Assembly (NCBI GenBank): GCA_964629875.1
Contig: CAZVRK010000007.1
Coordinates: 169 to 64,168, forward strand
From: an uncultured Dehalococcoidia bacterium
GTDB lineage: Bacteria > Chloroflexota > Dehalococcoidia > Lucifugimonadales > UBA3495
Direction of reading: 5' to 3'
DNA length: 64,000 nt
Shown: piece after piece, positions 34,404-44,087 of the stretch
Numbering within the stretch: the stretch's first letter is position 1
Layout of the letters: each line of letters opens with the position of its first letter
Notes under the pieces: generated by a model
Database searches by the model: none
What the model saw: only the letters and a program-made list of their open reading frames with translations
Told to the model about the DNA's origin: nothing
Translations under genes and position numbers: made by a program

Positions 34404-35504
34404 ATGACAATGTCGTATAGGCCTTTAATAGGGACTCCTATTAGTGATCTTGACACACCTTGTCTAGTAGTAGATATGGACAATCTAGATCACAATATGT
34501 CTGTAATGGCTGATTATTATCAAAACAGGAATACCAAACTTAGAGGGCACGGTAAAAATCATAAGACACCTGCAATTGCTATGCGGCAAATTAATAGAGG
34601 TGGAACTGTCGGTGGCGTATGTTCGGCAAAAGTATCAGAAGCTGAGGTAATGATTCATGCTGGGATCACAAATGTGATGATAACCAGTGAAATTATTGCC
34701 CCGTTGAAGATTCAGAGGCTATGTAATCTAGCTAAGCAAGCCGAAGTTATTGTTGCATGTGACAATCTGGATAATGCCCGGAACATCTCAATGGCAGCTG
34801 TGTCACATGGAGTTAATATAGGGTTAGTAGTAGAGCTAGAGACAGGTTTGGAAAGGTGTGGCGTCCAAGACCTTGAATCAGGTGTAGAGCTTGCTAAAGC
34901 GATTTCAGGTTTGCCTGCAGTCCAATTTAGAGGAATTATGAGCCATCAGATGATGGCTGAAGCATCATCCGATAAAGAAGATAGGATATTGGAAGGCAAA
35001 CGACTTATCGAACCTGTAATAGATTTAAGAAAGGCTATCGAATCCAGCGGAATTGCAGTAGAAATAGTATCTACGGGTGAAACGTGGAGTTATGACGTTG
35101 CTGGAGATATTGACGGTGTAACAGAAATACAAGGTGGGACTTACTTGCTAATGGAGAGCGCATACGATTATATGTCTGACTTCCAATTCGCTGCTACGGT
35201 TTTGACTACTGTAATAAGTACACCACGCACAGGTATTGCTGTTGGAGATGCAGGCACACGCTCCATTGGTGCTATTAAGGGTGTACCTTTGGTTCAAGAT
35301 CGCTCGGATGTTATTGTTTCAGGAATGGACTCAGATCATTGTATTTTCGAAACTTCCGTTAACTCTCTAAACATAGGCGATCAACTTCGGTTAATCCCAG
35401 GCCAGCAGGATGCTATGATCAGCCGCTGGGACAATATAGTCGGCATACGGGATCAAAAGGTTGAAATAGTATGGGATATACTGGCTAGAGGTACCCACTC
35501 TTAA
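34404..35504 (+). CDS. D-threonine aldolase/D-serine dehydratase (DSD1) family PLP enzyme
   Basis: LDTPCLVVDMDNLDHNM. LRGHGKNHKTPAIAMRQ matches the R-P-H-x-K-T-H-K Schiff-base motif (Lys51). Confidence 0.85.
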   Translation: MTMSYRPLIGTPISDLDTPCLVVDMDNLDHNMSVMADYYQNRNTKLRGHGKNHKTPAIAMRQINRGGTVGGVCSAKVSEAEVMIHAGITNVMITSEIIAPLKIQRLCNLAKQAEVIVACDNLDNARNISMAAVSHGVNIGLVVELETGLERCGVQDLESGVELAKAISGLPAVQFRGIMSHQMMAEASSDKEDRILEGKRLIEPVIDLRKAIESSGIAVEIVSTGETWSYDVAGDIDGVTEIQGGTYLLMESAYDYMSDFQFAATVLTTVISTPRTGIAVGDAGTRSIGAIKGVPLVQDRSDVIVSGMDSDHCIFETSVNSLNIGDQLRLIPGQQDAMISRWDNIVGIRDQKVEIVWDILARGTHS

Positions 35505-35513
35505 CCTATTGAT

Positions 35514-38500
35514 TTATTTTGCGAGAACATCTTTTTCTAACTGTTCGATATCGGATTCGCTAAGATTGAAGTATTTAGCTTCAGGGTGATGGAAAACTAT
35601 TGCAGATACAGAAGCTTCAGGATCCATCATAAATCCCTCTGTAAGTTCTACCCCTATATTAGAGTTTACATCTAGCAGAGTGAATAGCTTGCTTTGGTCT
35701 TCTAGACGGGGACATGCAGGATACCCAAAGGAATATCTGCGGCCTTGGTATTGAGTTCTAAATAGATCTTGATAACTAGTACCTTCAGTATCCCTAAGTC
35801 CCCACATCTGCCGTATCTGTTGGTGCAGTAACTCAGCGAAGGCTTCTGCACTTTCTATGGCCAGAGCTTGCAATATGTGAGAATTGAGATAATTACCCTC
35901 TTGCATCCACCGTTCAGATAAGTCTCTCACTCCCGGCCCTATTGTAGTTGTGAACATGGCTATGTAATCAATCTGATTCATAGAGGCTGGATTAACATAA
36001 TCTGCTAAGCATAATCCATCGTGCTGACTCTGACGTCCGAAATAAAATCGTTCTGCTACGGTCTCACGGTCAGGTTGTAGTATTAGTAACTCCTGTTCTG
36101 AGGACACGCAAGGAAAGAATTTAAACACAGCGTTTGCCGTTATGTCTGCCTGGCTCAATACTATGTCTTCTACGGCTCTGACCGAATTCCGGAGTTCTAC
36201 CGCAGATGAATCACCGGATTCCAAGGCTTCGGCAAATCTTCCTTTAAAACCTAGGTGCCGTACGTATAGCATCTGCGGGTTGATATATGGGAATATTTTC
36301 TCCATGTCATGATTAGTCAGCACGTGAGATACCAAGTCTGGTGGGTTGGGGATGTCGATATTATGGCTGATCTGCGCCGGAGCTACTGCGGGAGCTTCAT
36401 TTTTCGGCTGAGCCGCAGAAGCAGTCGATTGTTCTGACAGCATAGCTTCTGTTTCTGCTTCAGCCGTGATAACTAGTTTTTGTCTTTCGTCAGAATCTTG
36501 CACCGAATTGGCCAACGATAACCCGGTCATAGCATCTTGTGCGTACAATACTAGTCCGTCGTATTCTGGAGATATTCTTAGTCTTGTGAACCGGTTAGAT
36601 AGAGCGGCTCCCCCCACCAGAATAGGTGAGTCGACTCCTGATTGACGGAAATCTTTGACAGTCTCAACCATCATTTGGGCAGATTTAACCAACAAACCAG
36701 ATAGACCTATCATATCTGGATTATGTTCTCTACATGCTTCGATTAAGTCCTGGGGTGGAACTTTAATACCTAAGTTGATGACCTCGTAGCCATTATTGGA
36801 CAGTATTATTTCTACCAGATTTTTCCCTATATCGTGGACATCTCCTTTTACAGTAGCTAGAACTACTTTGCCTTTTGTGGCAGTATCTGCTCTGTCCATA
36901 TGTGGTTCCAAATGAGACACAGCGAACTTCATAGACTCAGCGGACTGAAGTACTTCGGCTACTATTAGCTGATTGGCGTTGAATTGACGTCCCACTTCAT
37001 CCATTCCTGCCATCAATGGCCCGTTGATTATTTCAAGAGGTGCCCTGTCTTCTAGAGCCTCGTTCAGGTCATCGGATAATCCTTCTTTGGTTCCCTCAAT
37101 AATAGCTTGCGCTAAACGTTCGTCTAGCGGTAGATTACGTCTTTCTTCAACAGTGGATTTTGGTGCTTTATCCCGAAAATGATCAACGAATGGTGTTATG
37201 GGATCTTCCACTCTGTTCCATATTAAATCTTCAGCAAGATTACGTTCTTCTTCGGGTATGGATGCGTATCTTTGCATTAGTTCTGAATTGACTATTGCTG
37301 TATCAAGTCCAGCCTGAACACAGTGATATAGAAATACTGAGTTAAATACTTCGCGTCCAGCTGCAGGAAGTCCAAAGGACACGTTGGATATACCGAGTAT
37401 AGTTTTGGTGTTCGGTAGTGCTTCTTTGATTAACCGAACTCCCTCTATGGTTTCTGCGGCAGAACCTACGTAATTTTGGTCACCTGTGCCTGCGGGGAAT
37501 ACCAAAGGGTCGAAGATAATGTCTTGTTCGGGTACGCCGTATTTTTCTGTGAGCAATTTATGAGATCGTAAAGCGACTTCCAACTTGCGCTCTTTTGTAA
37601 TAGCTTGTGCTTGATTAGGATCGTCGTCAATGCATCCTACTACTAGTGCTGCACCATATCTCTGGGCTAATGGTACGACGGCCTGGAAGCGTTCTTCGCC
37701 ATCTTCCAGATTTATCGAATTTATAATCGACTTACCCTGTAGTTTTTTTAATGCTTCCTCGAGGACTTTTGCATCGGTTGAGTCGATCATTATGGGAGCT
37801 TTAACCTTTTTGGTTAATTCGTCCAAGAATTTCGTAACGTCTGACAGCTCGTCCCGATCTGGGTCTTGTAGGCAGACGTCCAATATATGAGCTCCGTTTC
37901 TTACTTGCCGTCGTCCTACTTCGGCTCCTTCCTCATATGAGCCTTCACTGATTAATCTTCGGAATCGGCGACTTCCGAGGACATTAGTTCGTTCGCCTAC
38001 TATGGTAGGTCTACTCTCATCGTCTATAATCAGAGCCTCAATACCAGATACTCTGCTCTCATAGTTGGTCACCGGTGTTCGAGTATCTGACAATTGTGAA
38101 ACGTGTTCTGATAGTTTTTTTATGTGTTCTGGAACGGTGCCGCAACACCCCCCTACGACGTTAATCCAACCAGATTCTAGAAACCGGCTGATAGTAGAAA
38201 CCATCATTTCAGGGGTTTCATTGTAATTACCGTCTTCGTCCGGTAATCCTGCGTTCGGGAGGCATGCAACTGGAAATTTAGATATACCAGCCAGCGTCCT
38301 GACATGGTCTGTCATAAATTCAGCACCTGTCGCACAGTTAAAGCCGACCCATAACAAGTCTCTATGAGACAACGATGTATAGAAGGCCTCAGCATCTTGA
38401 CCTGCGAGCAGTGTACCCATTGGTTCGACTGTGCCTTGGACTGAAACAGGTAGTGCTGTTTTTAGTTCTAGGAAGGCCTGGTCAATTCCTTCGAGTCCTG

Positions 38501-39026
38501 CCTTCACGTTTATAGTGTCTTGGCTGGTCTCTAGGAGCAGTAGATCTACTCCTCCTTCTATAAGCCCGACCGCCTGCTCTTTGTAGGCATGTGCAAGTTC
38601 GTCAAAAGTTATTCCGCCTGTTACCGAAATTGTCTTTGTTGTTGGACCCATTGCCCCGGCGACGAACCGAGGTTTATCCGTTGTGGTAAATTCTTGAGCT
38701 GCCTCGACCGCGAGCTGAGCAGCCTCTCGATTTAATTCTCTAGCCAAGTGACTCAAATCGTACTCAGACAATACTACGGATGTTGATCCGAAAGTGTTTG
38801 TCTCGATTATGTCTGATCCAGCGCCTAGGTAGGCTTTATGTATTTCCGAGATGATATGCGGGCGTGTCAGGCACAGGTGTTCGTTACAGCCCTCGTATTC
38901 GACACCACCAAAGTCATCTGGTCCCAAATCATATGCTTGGATAGCGGTCCCCATAGCGCCGTCTATTACCAAGACTCGCTGTTTAAGAAGTTCTTTTAAT
39001 AAAGCTGTGCGTTCAGAAGTTACCAT
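35514..39026 (-). CDS. metH: Cobalamin-dependent methionine synthase
   Basis: 1170 aa with four ordered modules: Hcy-binding, pterin-binding, B12-binding with GDVHDIGKN, and the AdoMet reactivation domain. Confidence 0.95.
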   Translation of the reverse strand: MVTSERTALLKELLKQRVLVIDGAMGTAIQAYDLGPDDFGGVEYEGCNEHLCLTRPHIISEIHKAYLGAGSDIIETNTFGSTSVVLSEYDLSHLARELNREAAQLAVEAAQEFTTTDKPRFVAGAMGPTTKTISVTGGITFDELAHAYKEQAVGLIEGGVDLLLLETSQDTINVKAGLEGIDQAFLELKTALPVSVQGTVEPMGTLLAGQDAEAFYTSLSHRDLLWVGFNCATGAEFMTDHVRTLAGISKFPVACLPNAGLPDEDGNYNETPEMMVSTISRFLESGWINVVGGCCGTVPEHIKKLSEHVSQLSDTRTPVTNYESRVSGIEALIIDDESRPTIVGERTNVLGSRRFRRLISEGSYEEGAEVGRRQVRNGAHILDVCLQDPDRDELSDVTKFLDELTKKVKAPIMIDSTDAKVLEEALKKLQGKSIINSINLEDGEERFQAVVPLAQRYGAALVVGCIDDDPNQAQAITKERKLEVALRSHKLLTEKYGVPEQDIIFDPLVFPAGTGDQNYVGSAAETIEGVRLIKEALPNTKTILGISNVSFGLPAAGREVFNSVFLYHCVQAGLDTAIVNSELMQRYASIPEEERNLAEDLIWNRVEDPITPFVDHFRDKAPKSTVEERRNLPLDERLAQAIIEGTKEGLSDDLNEALEDRAPLEIINGPLMAGMDEVGRQFNANQLIVAEVLQSAESMKFAVSHLEPHMDRADTATKGKVVLATVKGDVHDIGKNLVEIILSNNGYEVINLGIKVPPQDLIEACREHNPDMIGLSGLLVKSAQMMVETVKDFRQSGVDSPILVGGAALSNRFTRLRISPEYDGLVLYAQDAMTGLSLANSVQDSDERQKLVITAEAETEAMLSEQSTASAAQPKNEAPAVAPAQISHNIDIPNPPDLVSHVLTNHDMEKIFPYINPQMLYVRHLGFKGRFAEALESGDSSAVELRNSVRAVEDIVLSQADITANAVFKFFPCVSSEQELLILQPDRETVAERFYFGRQSQHDGLCLADYVNPASMNQIDYIAMFTTTIGPGVRDLSERWMQEGNYLNSHILQALAIESAEAFAELLHQQIRQMWGLRDTEGTSYQDLFRTQYQGRRYSFGYPACPRLEDQSKLFTLLDVNSNIGVELTEGFMMDPEASVSAIVFHHPEAKYFNLSESDIEQLEKDVLAK

Positions 39027-39073
39027 TTGATGTTTATTCCAATTATATTTATTGTAGATTTTGGTTCTAAAGT

Positions 39074-41665
39074 TTAGTTAAACCATTTTGATAGTTCGTC
39101 TTTATTTTTCCCTAGCCACGCTGTGTTAATACGAATCCGTTCTAGTGATTGGCGAATTGTCCGTTCTGCAGCCGGAGTTGGATGTTCTTTGAAGAAGTCT
39201 TCTATTTCGGTAGCTTTTTCCTCGGATGTGAATGATCCGGTAATAGCTACCAATCGCATTAATCCAAACCCACCTCCACCGTATCGTTTGTCAAATTCGG
39301 TCCAATTATCCTTCACGAATTCCCAGGCTATATTCCTACCTCTTATGTTCGCGGCTACAGCGGATACTAACGTTATAGTATCTTGTGACCGGACATCGTC
39401 ACTTAACGATCTGGCTAGAAGGTCCTTAAGTAGATCTACGTCGCTAAATCTTGCCAAACTGATGAGCAACCGTATTTTTTCCTCTTGTAGTTCTGAGTTG
39501 CGTTCCAATGTCCAGAGGGCGTCGTACGTAGTCTTGTCCCCAGATTGTGCGACTAAGCTATATACGAGCCCCCGCAAATCTGGATGTACTGATGACGTGT
39601 CTTGTAGATATTTAGCGAATAGGGATTGAGCCTCTTCTAGGACTTCGGTATCACCGTAGTTTCCAGCTTGGCTCAATACTGTGCTTCTCAGAAGTGCGTC
39701 CAGATGGCCTTCTCCAGTCTTGGGAGTCCATCCTATATCTTGGGCAGCACCCTTAAATAAATCTTTGGCGAAGTCTCTATACGCATTGTAAAAACTCTCA
39801 TCAGAGATCAAGGTTTCAATTTCCTTTAGATTGCTGGCTAGATCACTCCAGACTGAAGCGTCGGATTCGGATTTATAAGCATTGGCCAATGACAAAAATT
39901 GTGTGACTGATAGTAAACCTGCTTTTGATAATGCGTAAGCGTCGTTCTGTATGCCAAGCCTGTCCGTAGCACTCAATATCTGGGATTCTATCCCTGGGAT
40001 AAGATTCTGCCAGTCTTTTGACGTGTAGTTGACTCTGAAAAATCCCGTCTGATCAGGATTTAATTTGAACCACTTGGGATCATCTGATATCCCGGATATT
40101 GTGACTGATGATTTGGAGTCAGAGATTATAGAGGTACCTGATGCTCGGTTATCTTGTGGAACCAGGACTCTGACAGGAACTTGCCATTGCATTTGTGGGG
40201 ATGGTTGATCGTTCAGTATGTTGTCGTATACAAATCGTTCTTGTGATAGGTTGATTGTTAAGCCGTTATTGACTCTCTCAGATGTAACGGAGACAACGGG
40301 ATAGCCCATTTGGCTAGTCCACGTATTCATGATTTCTGTGACAGGTTGTTTAGAGACTTCTTCAAGGGCGTTCCACAAATCGATAGTCTGTGCATTTTGG
40401 TATTGGTTTGCAGTTAAATATTTGTGGAGACCTTGGCGGAAAATCTCGGGGCTCAAGAATTGTTCCAGCATGCGTATGACCGAGGCACCTTTGCTGTAGC
40501 TAATGGCATCAAATAATTGGCTAACCTCTGCAGGATTTTTAACTTCCTGCTCTATAGGATGAGAATTCTTGAGTCCGTCAAGGCTTAGGGCCCTGTTAGT
40601 GTCCATGTTTACGAATTGAGTCCACATTGCCCATTCGGGAAACAGCCAATCTACGGCTTTCGTTCCCATCCAGGAAGCAAAACTCTCGTTAAGCCATAGG
40701 TCGTCCCACCATTTCATAGTCACCAGGTCCCCGAACCACATATGGGCCATCTCGTGGGCTACTACTTCCGCAACTCTTTGCCTCGTCCCAGCTGACGAAT
40801 TTAACTGATCTACTAACAGGGCTGTTTCTCGGTAGGTAACGGCCCCCCAATTTTCCATAGCTCCGGCTGCAAAATCTGGTATGGCGATATGGTCCAACTT
40901 CGCAAGAGGATAGGGAATTCCAAAATAGTCGTTGAAGAATGATAGTAGCTTGACTGAAGTATCTAGAGCGAAGCGGCCTTGTTCCTCTTTGCCTCTAGTT
41001 GTCCACACTCCTACTATCGTTCCACTAGCAGCTTCTTTCTCTATGTGAGTGAGATCCCCTACTACGAATGCTAATAGATAGGTTGACATTATAGGTGTAT
41101 CAGCGAATTTTACTGATTTCATGCCACTGCTAAGTGTCGTATTTTCAATTTCTGGTGTATTGGCTAGAGCAACTAGGTCACTGGGTACAATTAGAGTTAC
41201 AGAAAAAGTTGCTTTGCATTCTGGCTCGTCCCAACAGGGAAAGGCCTGACGAGCATCTGTAGCTTCAAATTGCGTAGTAGCTAAATACTGGGTATTTCCT
41301 TCAGGATCTACGTATTGGCTTCGATAGAATCCTCTAAGTTTGTCGTTCAATATGCCTGTAAAAGCTATGTGGATCTTTCCATTACCTATTGGGATTTCTT
41401 GTGGGAAAGTCATCGTACAGGTTTCTGCTTCTTTGTTATATGTGATGTTTTCAGTTTTTAGTACAGTTCCATTGATTTCTATGGAAGCTGATCCTATATC
41501 GATATCCAGAGCATTCAGTACGATATTTGACGATGATTCCGCGATGTTGACGTCTATCGTTTCATTTCCGGAGAAGGTGAAATTCTGTATATCAGGCTTT
41601 AATTCAAGTTGGTAGTGAAGGGGTTTTATGTTCTTGGGCAATACCGCCGCTTCAGTTCCAGGCAT
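39074..41665 (-). CDS. pepN: Aminopeptidase N (M1 family)
   Basis: GAMENWG exopeptidase motif and HEMAHMWFGDLV...WLNESFA zinc site. Confidence 0.95.
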   Translation of the reverse strand: MPGTEAAVLPKNIKPLHYQLELKPDIQNFTFSGNETIDVNIAESSSNIVLNALDIDIGSASIEINGTVLKTENITYNKEAETCTMTFPQEIPIGNGKIHIAFTGILNDKLRGFYRSQYVDPEGNTQYLATTQFEATDARQAFPCWDEPECKATFSVTLIVPSDLVALANTPEIENTTLSSGMKSVKFADTPIMSTYLLAFVVGDLTHIEKEAASGTIVGVWTTRGKEEQGRFALDTSVKLLSFFNDYFGIPYPLAKLDHIAIPDFAAGAMENWGAVTYRETALLVDQLNSSAGTRQRVAEVVAHEMAHMWFGDLVTMKWWDDLWLNESFASWMGTKAVDWLFPEWAMWTQFVNMDTNRALSLDGLKNSHPIEQEVKNPAEVSQLFDAISYSKGASVIRMLEQFLSPEIFRQGLHKYLTANQYQNAQTIDLWNALEEVSKQPVTEIMNTWTSQMGYPVVSVTSERVNNGLTINLSQERFVYDNILNDQPSPQMQWQVPVRVLVPQDNRASGTSIISDSKSSVTISGISDDPKWFKLNPDQTGFFRVNYTSKDWQNLIPGIESQILSATDRLGIQNDAYALSKAGLLSVTQFLSLANAYKSESDASVWSDLASNLKEIETLISDESFYNAYRDFAKDLFKGAAQDIGWTPKTGEGHLDALLRSTVLSQAGNYGDTEVLEEAQSLFAKYLQDTSSVHPDLRGLVYSLVAQSGDKTTYDALWTLERNSELQEEKIRLLISLARFSDVDLLKDLLARSLSDDVRSQDTITLVSAVAANIRGRNIAWEFVKDNWTEFDKRYGGGGFGLMRLVAITGSFTSEEKATEIEDFFKEHPTPAAERTIRQSLERIRINTAWLGKNKDELSKWFN

Positions 41666-41813
41666 CGATTAACTCCTATTTGTGCGCGACATTAATTATT
41701 AGGAATTATCCCTATCCGCGCATTGTGTACTTGGAAGTACCCGTAAGTTTAACATTAAACACAAACCTAGTCTGCTTGAGAAGGGTTTAGGTAGACCGTT
41801 AGCAGTAATCCAG

Positions 41814-41822
41814 TGGTATAAT
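41814..41822 (+). promoter_or_regulatory. Extended -10 box TGgTATAAT upstream of leuC
   Basis: Perfect TGnTATAAT at 41814-41822. It would give a roughly 125-nt leader before ATG 41957. Confidence 0.35.
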
Positions 41823-41956
41823 AGCCGGCGGTTTCATTGGTAAAAGAAGCATGCACATTCACCGATAGTCCATGCTGACCACGAGATTTATCGTGCGTGG
41901 CGATTTGGTCAGAATGAAATTCAAAACCAATTAAGAGTAACTATAGGAGGCGGCAC

Positions 41957-43357
41957 ATGGCGGCTCAGACTATGTTTGAGAAAATCTGGGATTCCCACGT
42001 TGTTCATGAGGAGTCCGGACAACCTTCGATCATCTATATAGATCTTCATTTGATACATGAGGTTACTACTCCTCAGGCGTTTGATGGCCTTAGACTCAAC
42101 GGGAGAGGAGTTCGTAGGCCTGATTTAACTATTGCTACTGTTGACCACAATACCCCGACTTGGGAATTGGACAAACCAGTTACGGACGAGATATCTAAGA
42201 AGCAGTTGGATGCGTTAGCTGATAATGTGAAGGACACTGGAATAACTTTTTACGACAGATTCAGCGAAAATCAGGGAATAGTACATGTTATTGGACCAGA
42301 CTTAGGGTATACGCTCCCTGGGAAGACTGTAGTATGTGGGGATAGTCATACGTCTACTCATGGAGCCTTAGGTTGCTTAGCAATGGGTATCGGCACTTCT
42401 GAGGTTGAGCATGTGCTGGCTACACAGACTCTGCGGCAGTTTAAACCTAAGACAATGGAGGTAAGGATAAACGGGTCCTTGCCGGTGGGAGTATCTGCCA
42501 AGGACATTATCCTAGGGATTATCGGTAAGATAGGAATAAACGGCGGGATAGGTCACGCGATAGAATATACGGGTGAAGCTATCAAGTCTTTGTCTATGGA
42601 TGGCCGTATGACCGTTTGCAATATGAGTATTGAAGGTGGTGCCAGAGCCGGTATGATTGCTCCGGACGAAACCACTTTTGAATACATAAAGGAGCGACCG
42701 TATGCTCCAAAAGGCGAGGAATTAGAAGCTGCGATTGAAGAGTGGAAGAAATTACCTACTGACAGTGGAGCTAAGTTTGACAAGCTCGTAGAGATTGATG
42801 CTGCCGATTTAGCACCATTTGTAACTTGGGGTACCAATCCTGGAATGGTAGCCAAGATAACCGATCGAGTTCCGGATCCAGCATCATTTGACAGTCCTGC
42901 CGAGCGCGAATCCGCTGAACGAGCTCTTACGTATATGGGTCTTGAACCGAACACTCCAATTGAGGAGATTAAAATAGATCGGATATTCCTTGGTGCCTGC
43001 ACTAATTCGCGTCTTGATGATCTGAGAGCTGCGGCAAACGTTATAAAGGGTAAGACTGTTAATCCAAATGTTTATGCAATGGTTGTTCCAGGTTCTGCAA
43101 GGGTTAAATTACAGGCAGAACAGGAAGGGTTAGATAAAATTTTTAAGGACGCTGGATTTGATTGGCGAGTCGCCGGGTGTTCCATGTGTCTGGGGATGAA
43201 TCCAGATATTCTTCAACCCGGAGAGCGATGTGCGTCCACATCTAATCGCAATTTTGAGGGTCGTCAAGGGAAAGGCGGTCGTACTCATTTGGTTAGTCCA
43301 GAAATGGCTGCTGCAGCTGCCATAGCCGGGCATTTTGTAGACATTCGAAATTGGTAA
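41957..43357 (+). CDS. leuC: 3-isopropylmalate dehydratase large subunit
   Basis: AGGAGG at 41945-41950. VCGDSHT, GACTNSR and CSMCLGMN Fe-S ligand motifs. Confidence 0.95.
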   Translation: MAAQTMFEKIWDSHVVHEESGQPSIIYIDLHLIHEVTTPQAFDGLRLNGRGVRRPDLTIATVDHNTPTWELDKPVTDEISKKQLDALADNVKDTGITFYDRFSENQGIVHVIGPDLGYTLPGKTVVCGDSHTSTHGALGCLAMGIGTSEVEHVLATQTLRQFKPKTMEVRINGSLPVGVSAKDIILGIIGKIGINGGIGHAIEYTGEAIKSLSMDGRMTVCNMSIEGGARAGMIAPDETTFEYIKERPYAPKGEELEAAIEEWKKLPTDSGAKFDKLVEIDAADLAPFVTWGTNPGMVAKITDRVPDPASFDSPAERESAERALTYMGLEPNTPIEEIKIDRIFLGACTNSRLDDLRAAANVIKGKTVNPNVYAMVVPGSARVKLQAEQEGLDKIFKDAGFDWRVAGCSMCLGMNPDILQPGERCASTSNRNFEGRQGKGGRTHLVSPEMAAAAAIAGHFVDIRNW

Positions 43358-43367
43358 AGGAGACGAT

Positions 43368-43955
43368 ATGGAACCTTTTATAAAAGTGAGTGGAGTAGCG
43401 GCTCCGATCGATAGGGTGAATATTGACACGGATCAGGTAATCCCTGCCATACACTTGAAAAGTATTGAGAGAACGGGTTATGGCAAATTCCTATTCTCCA
43501 GCTGGAGATTCAACGCGGACGGCACACCTAACCCTGATTTCGTTTTAAATAAACCGGAATATCAAAATGCTAGCATAATAGTGGCAGGTCGGAATTTTGG
43601 GTGTGGATCTTCACGAGAGCACGCTCCCTGGGCTCTTCAAGATTATGGTATCAGGTGCGTTATAGCCCCAAGTTTTGCGGATATTTTCCATAACAATTGC
43701 TATCAAAATGGTTTGCTCCCAATAGTTTTACCTGAGGAAGATGTACGTCGACTTATTGATAAGCTTGAGAAAGATCCTGGTACAAAACTAAACATAGACC
43801 TAGAGGGATTAAGGGTGTGGGATGAAGATGAAGAAATTGTTCTAGAATTCAATGTTGAGGAGTTTAGGCGGTATTGTCTTCTGAATGGCCTCGATGATAT
43901 TGGATTGACGCTACAGAATGAGGATGCCATTAACCGGTTCGAAACCAAGTCTTAG
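43368..43955 (+). CDS. leuD: 3-isopropylmalate dehydratase small subunit
   Basis: GRNFGCGSSREHAPWAL motif. It lies 10 nt after leuC. Confidence 0.95.
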   Translation: MEPFIKVSGVAAPIDRVNIDTDQVIPAIHLKSIERTGYGKFLFSSWRFNADGTPNPDFVLNKPEYQNASIIVAGRNFGCGSSREHAPWALQDYGIRCVIAPSFADIFHNNCYQNGLLPIVLPEEDVRRLIDKLEKDPGTKLNIDLEGLRVWDEDEEIVLEFNVEEFRRYCLLNGLDDIGLTLQNEDAINRFETKS

Positions 43956-43970
43956 TTCATATAAATATGT

Positions 43971-44005
43971 AAAAAAAGCCACCAACGACCGGTGGCTTTT
44001 TTTTT
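43971..44005 (+). terminator. Intrinsic terminator after leuD
   Basis: AAAAAAAGCCACC (43971-43983), loop AACGACC, GGTGGCTTTTTTTTT (43991-44005). Confidence 0.8.
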
Positions 44006-44087
44006 ACCATCTGTATTTTTGCCAATGGTATACTCTGGGCATTCTGTTATTGGATGTTGATAAAATAATTATAGTGTGAGGGTTTTC

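Noticed and set aside
39123-39629. 168-aa plus-strand ORF inside pepN. Similar cases are 51596..52117 in groEL, 42553..43002 in leuC, 44516..44926 in the TPP enzyme, 57501..57911 in rarA and 5826..6263 in the CoA-transferase.
   Set aside because: All are antisense to genes with unambiguous conserved motifs. None has an RBS, and their composition is low-complexity.
41866-41928. Leader peptide [20 protein letters not shown] in the leuCD leader as a leucine attenuator
   Set aside because: It has only two non-adjacent Leu codons and no run of them. No terminator with a U-tract follows.
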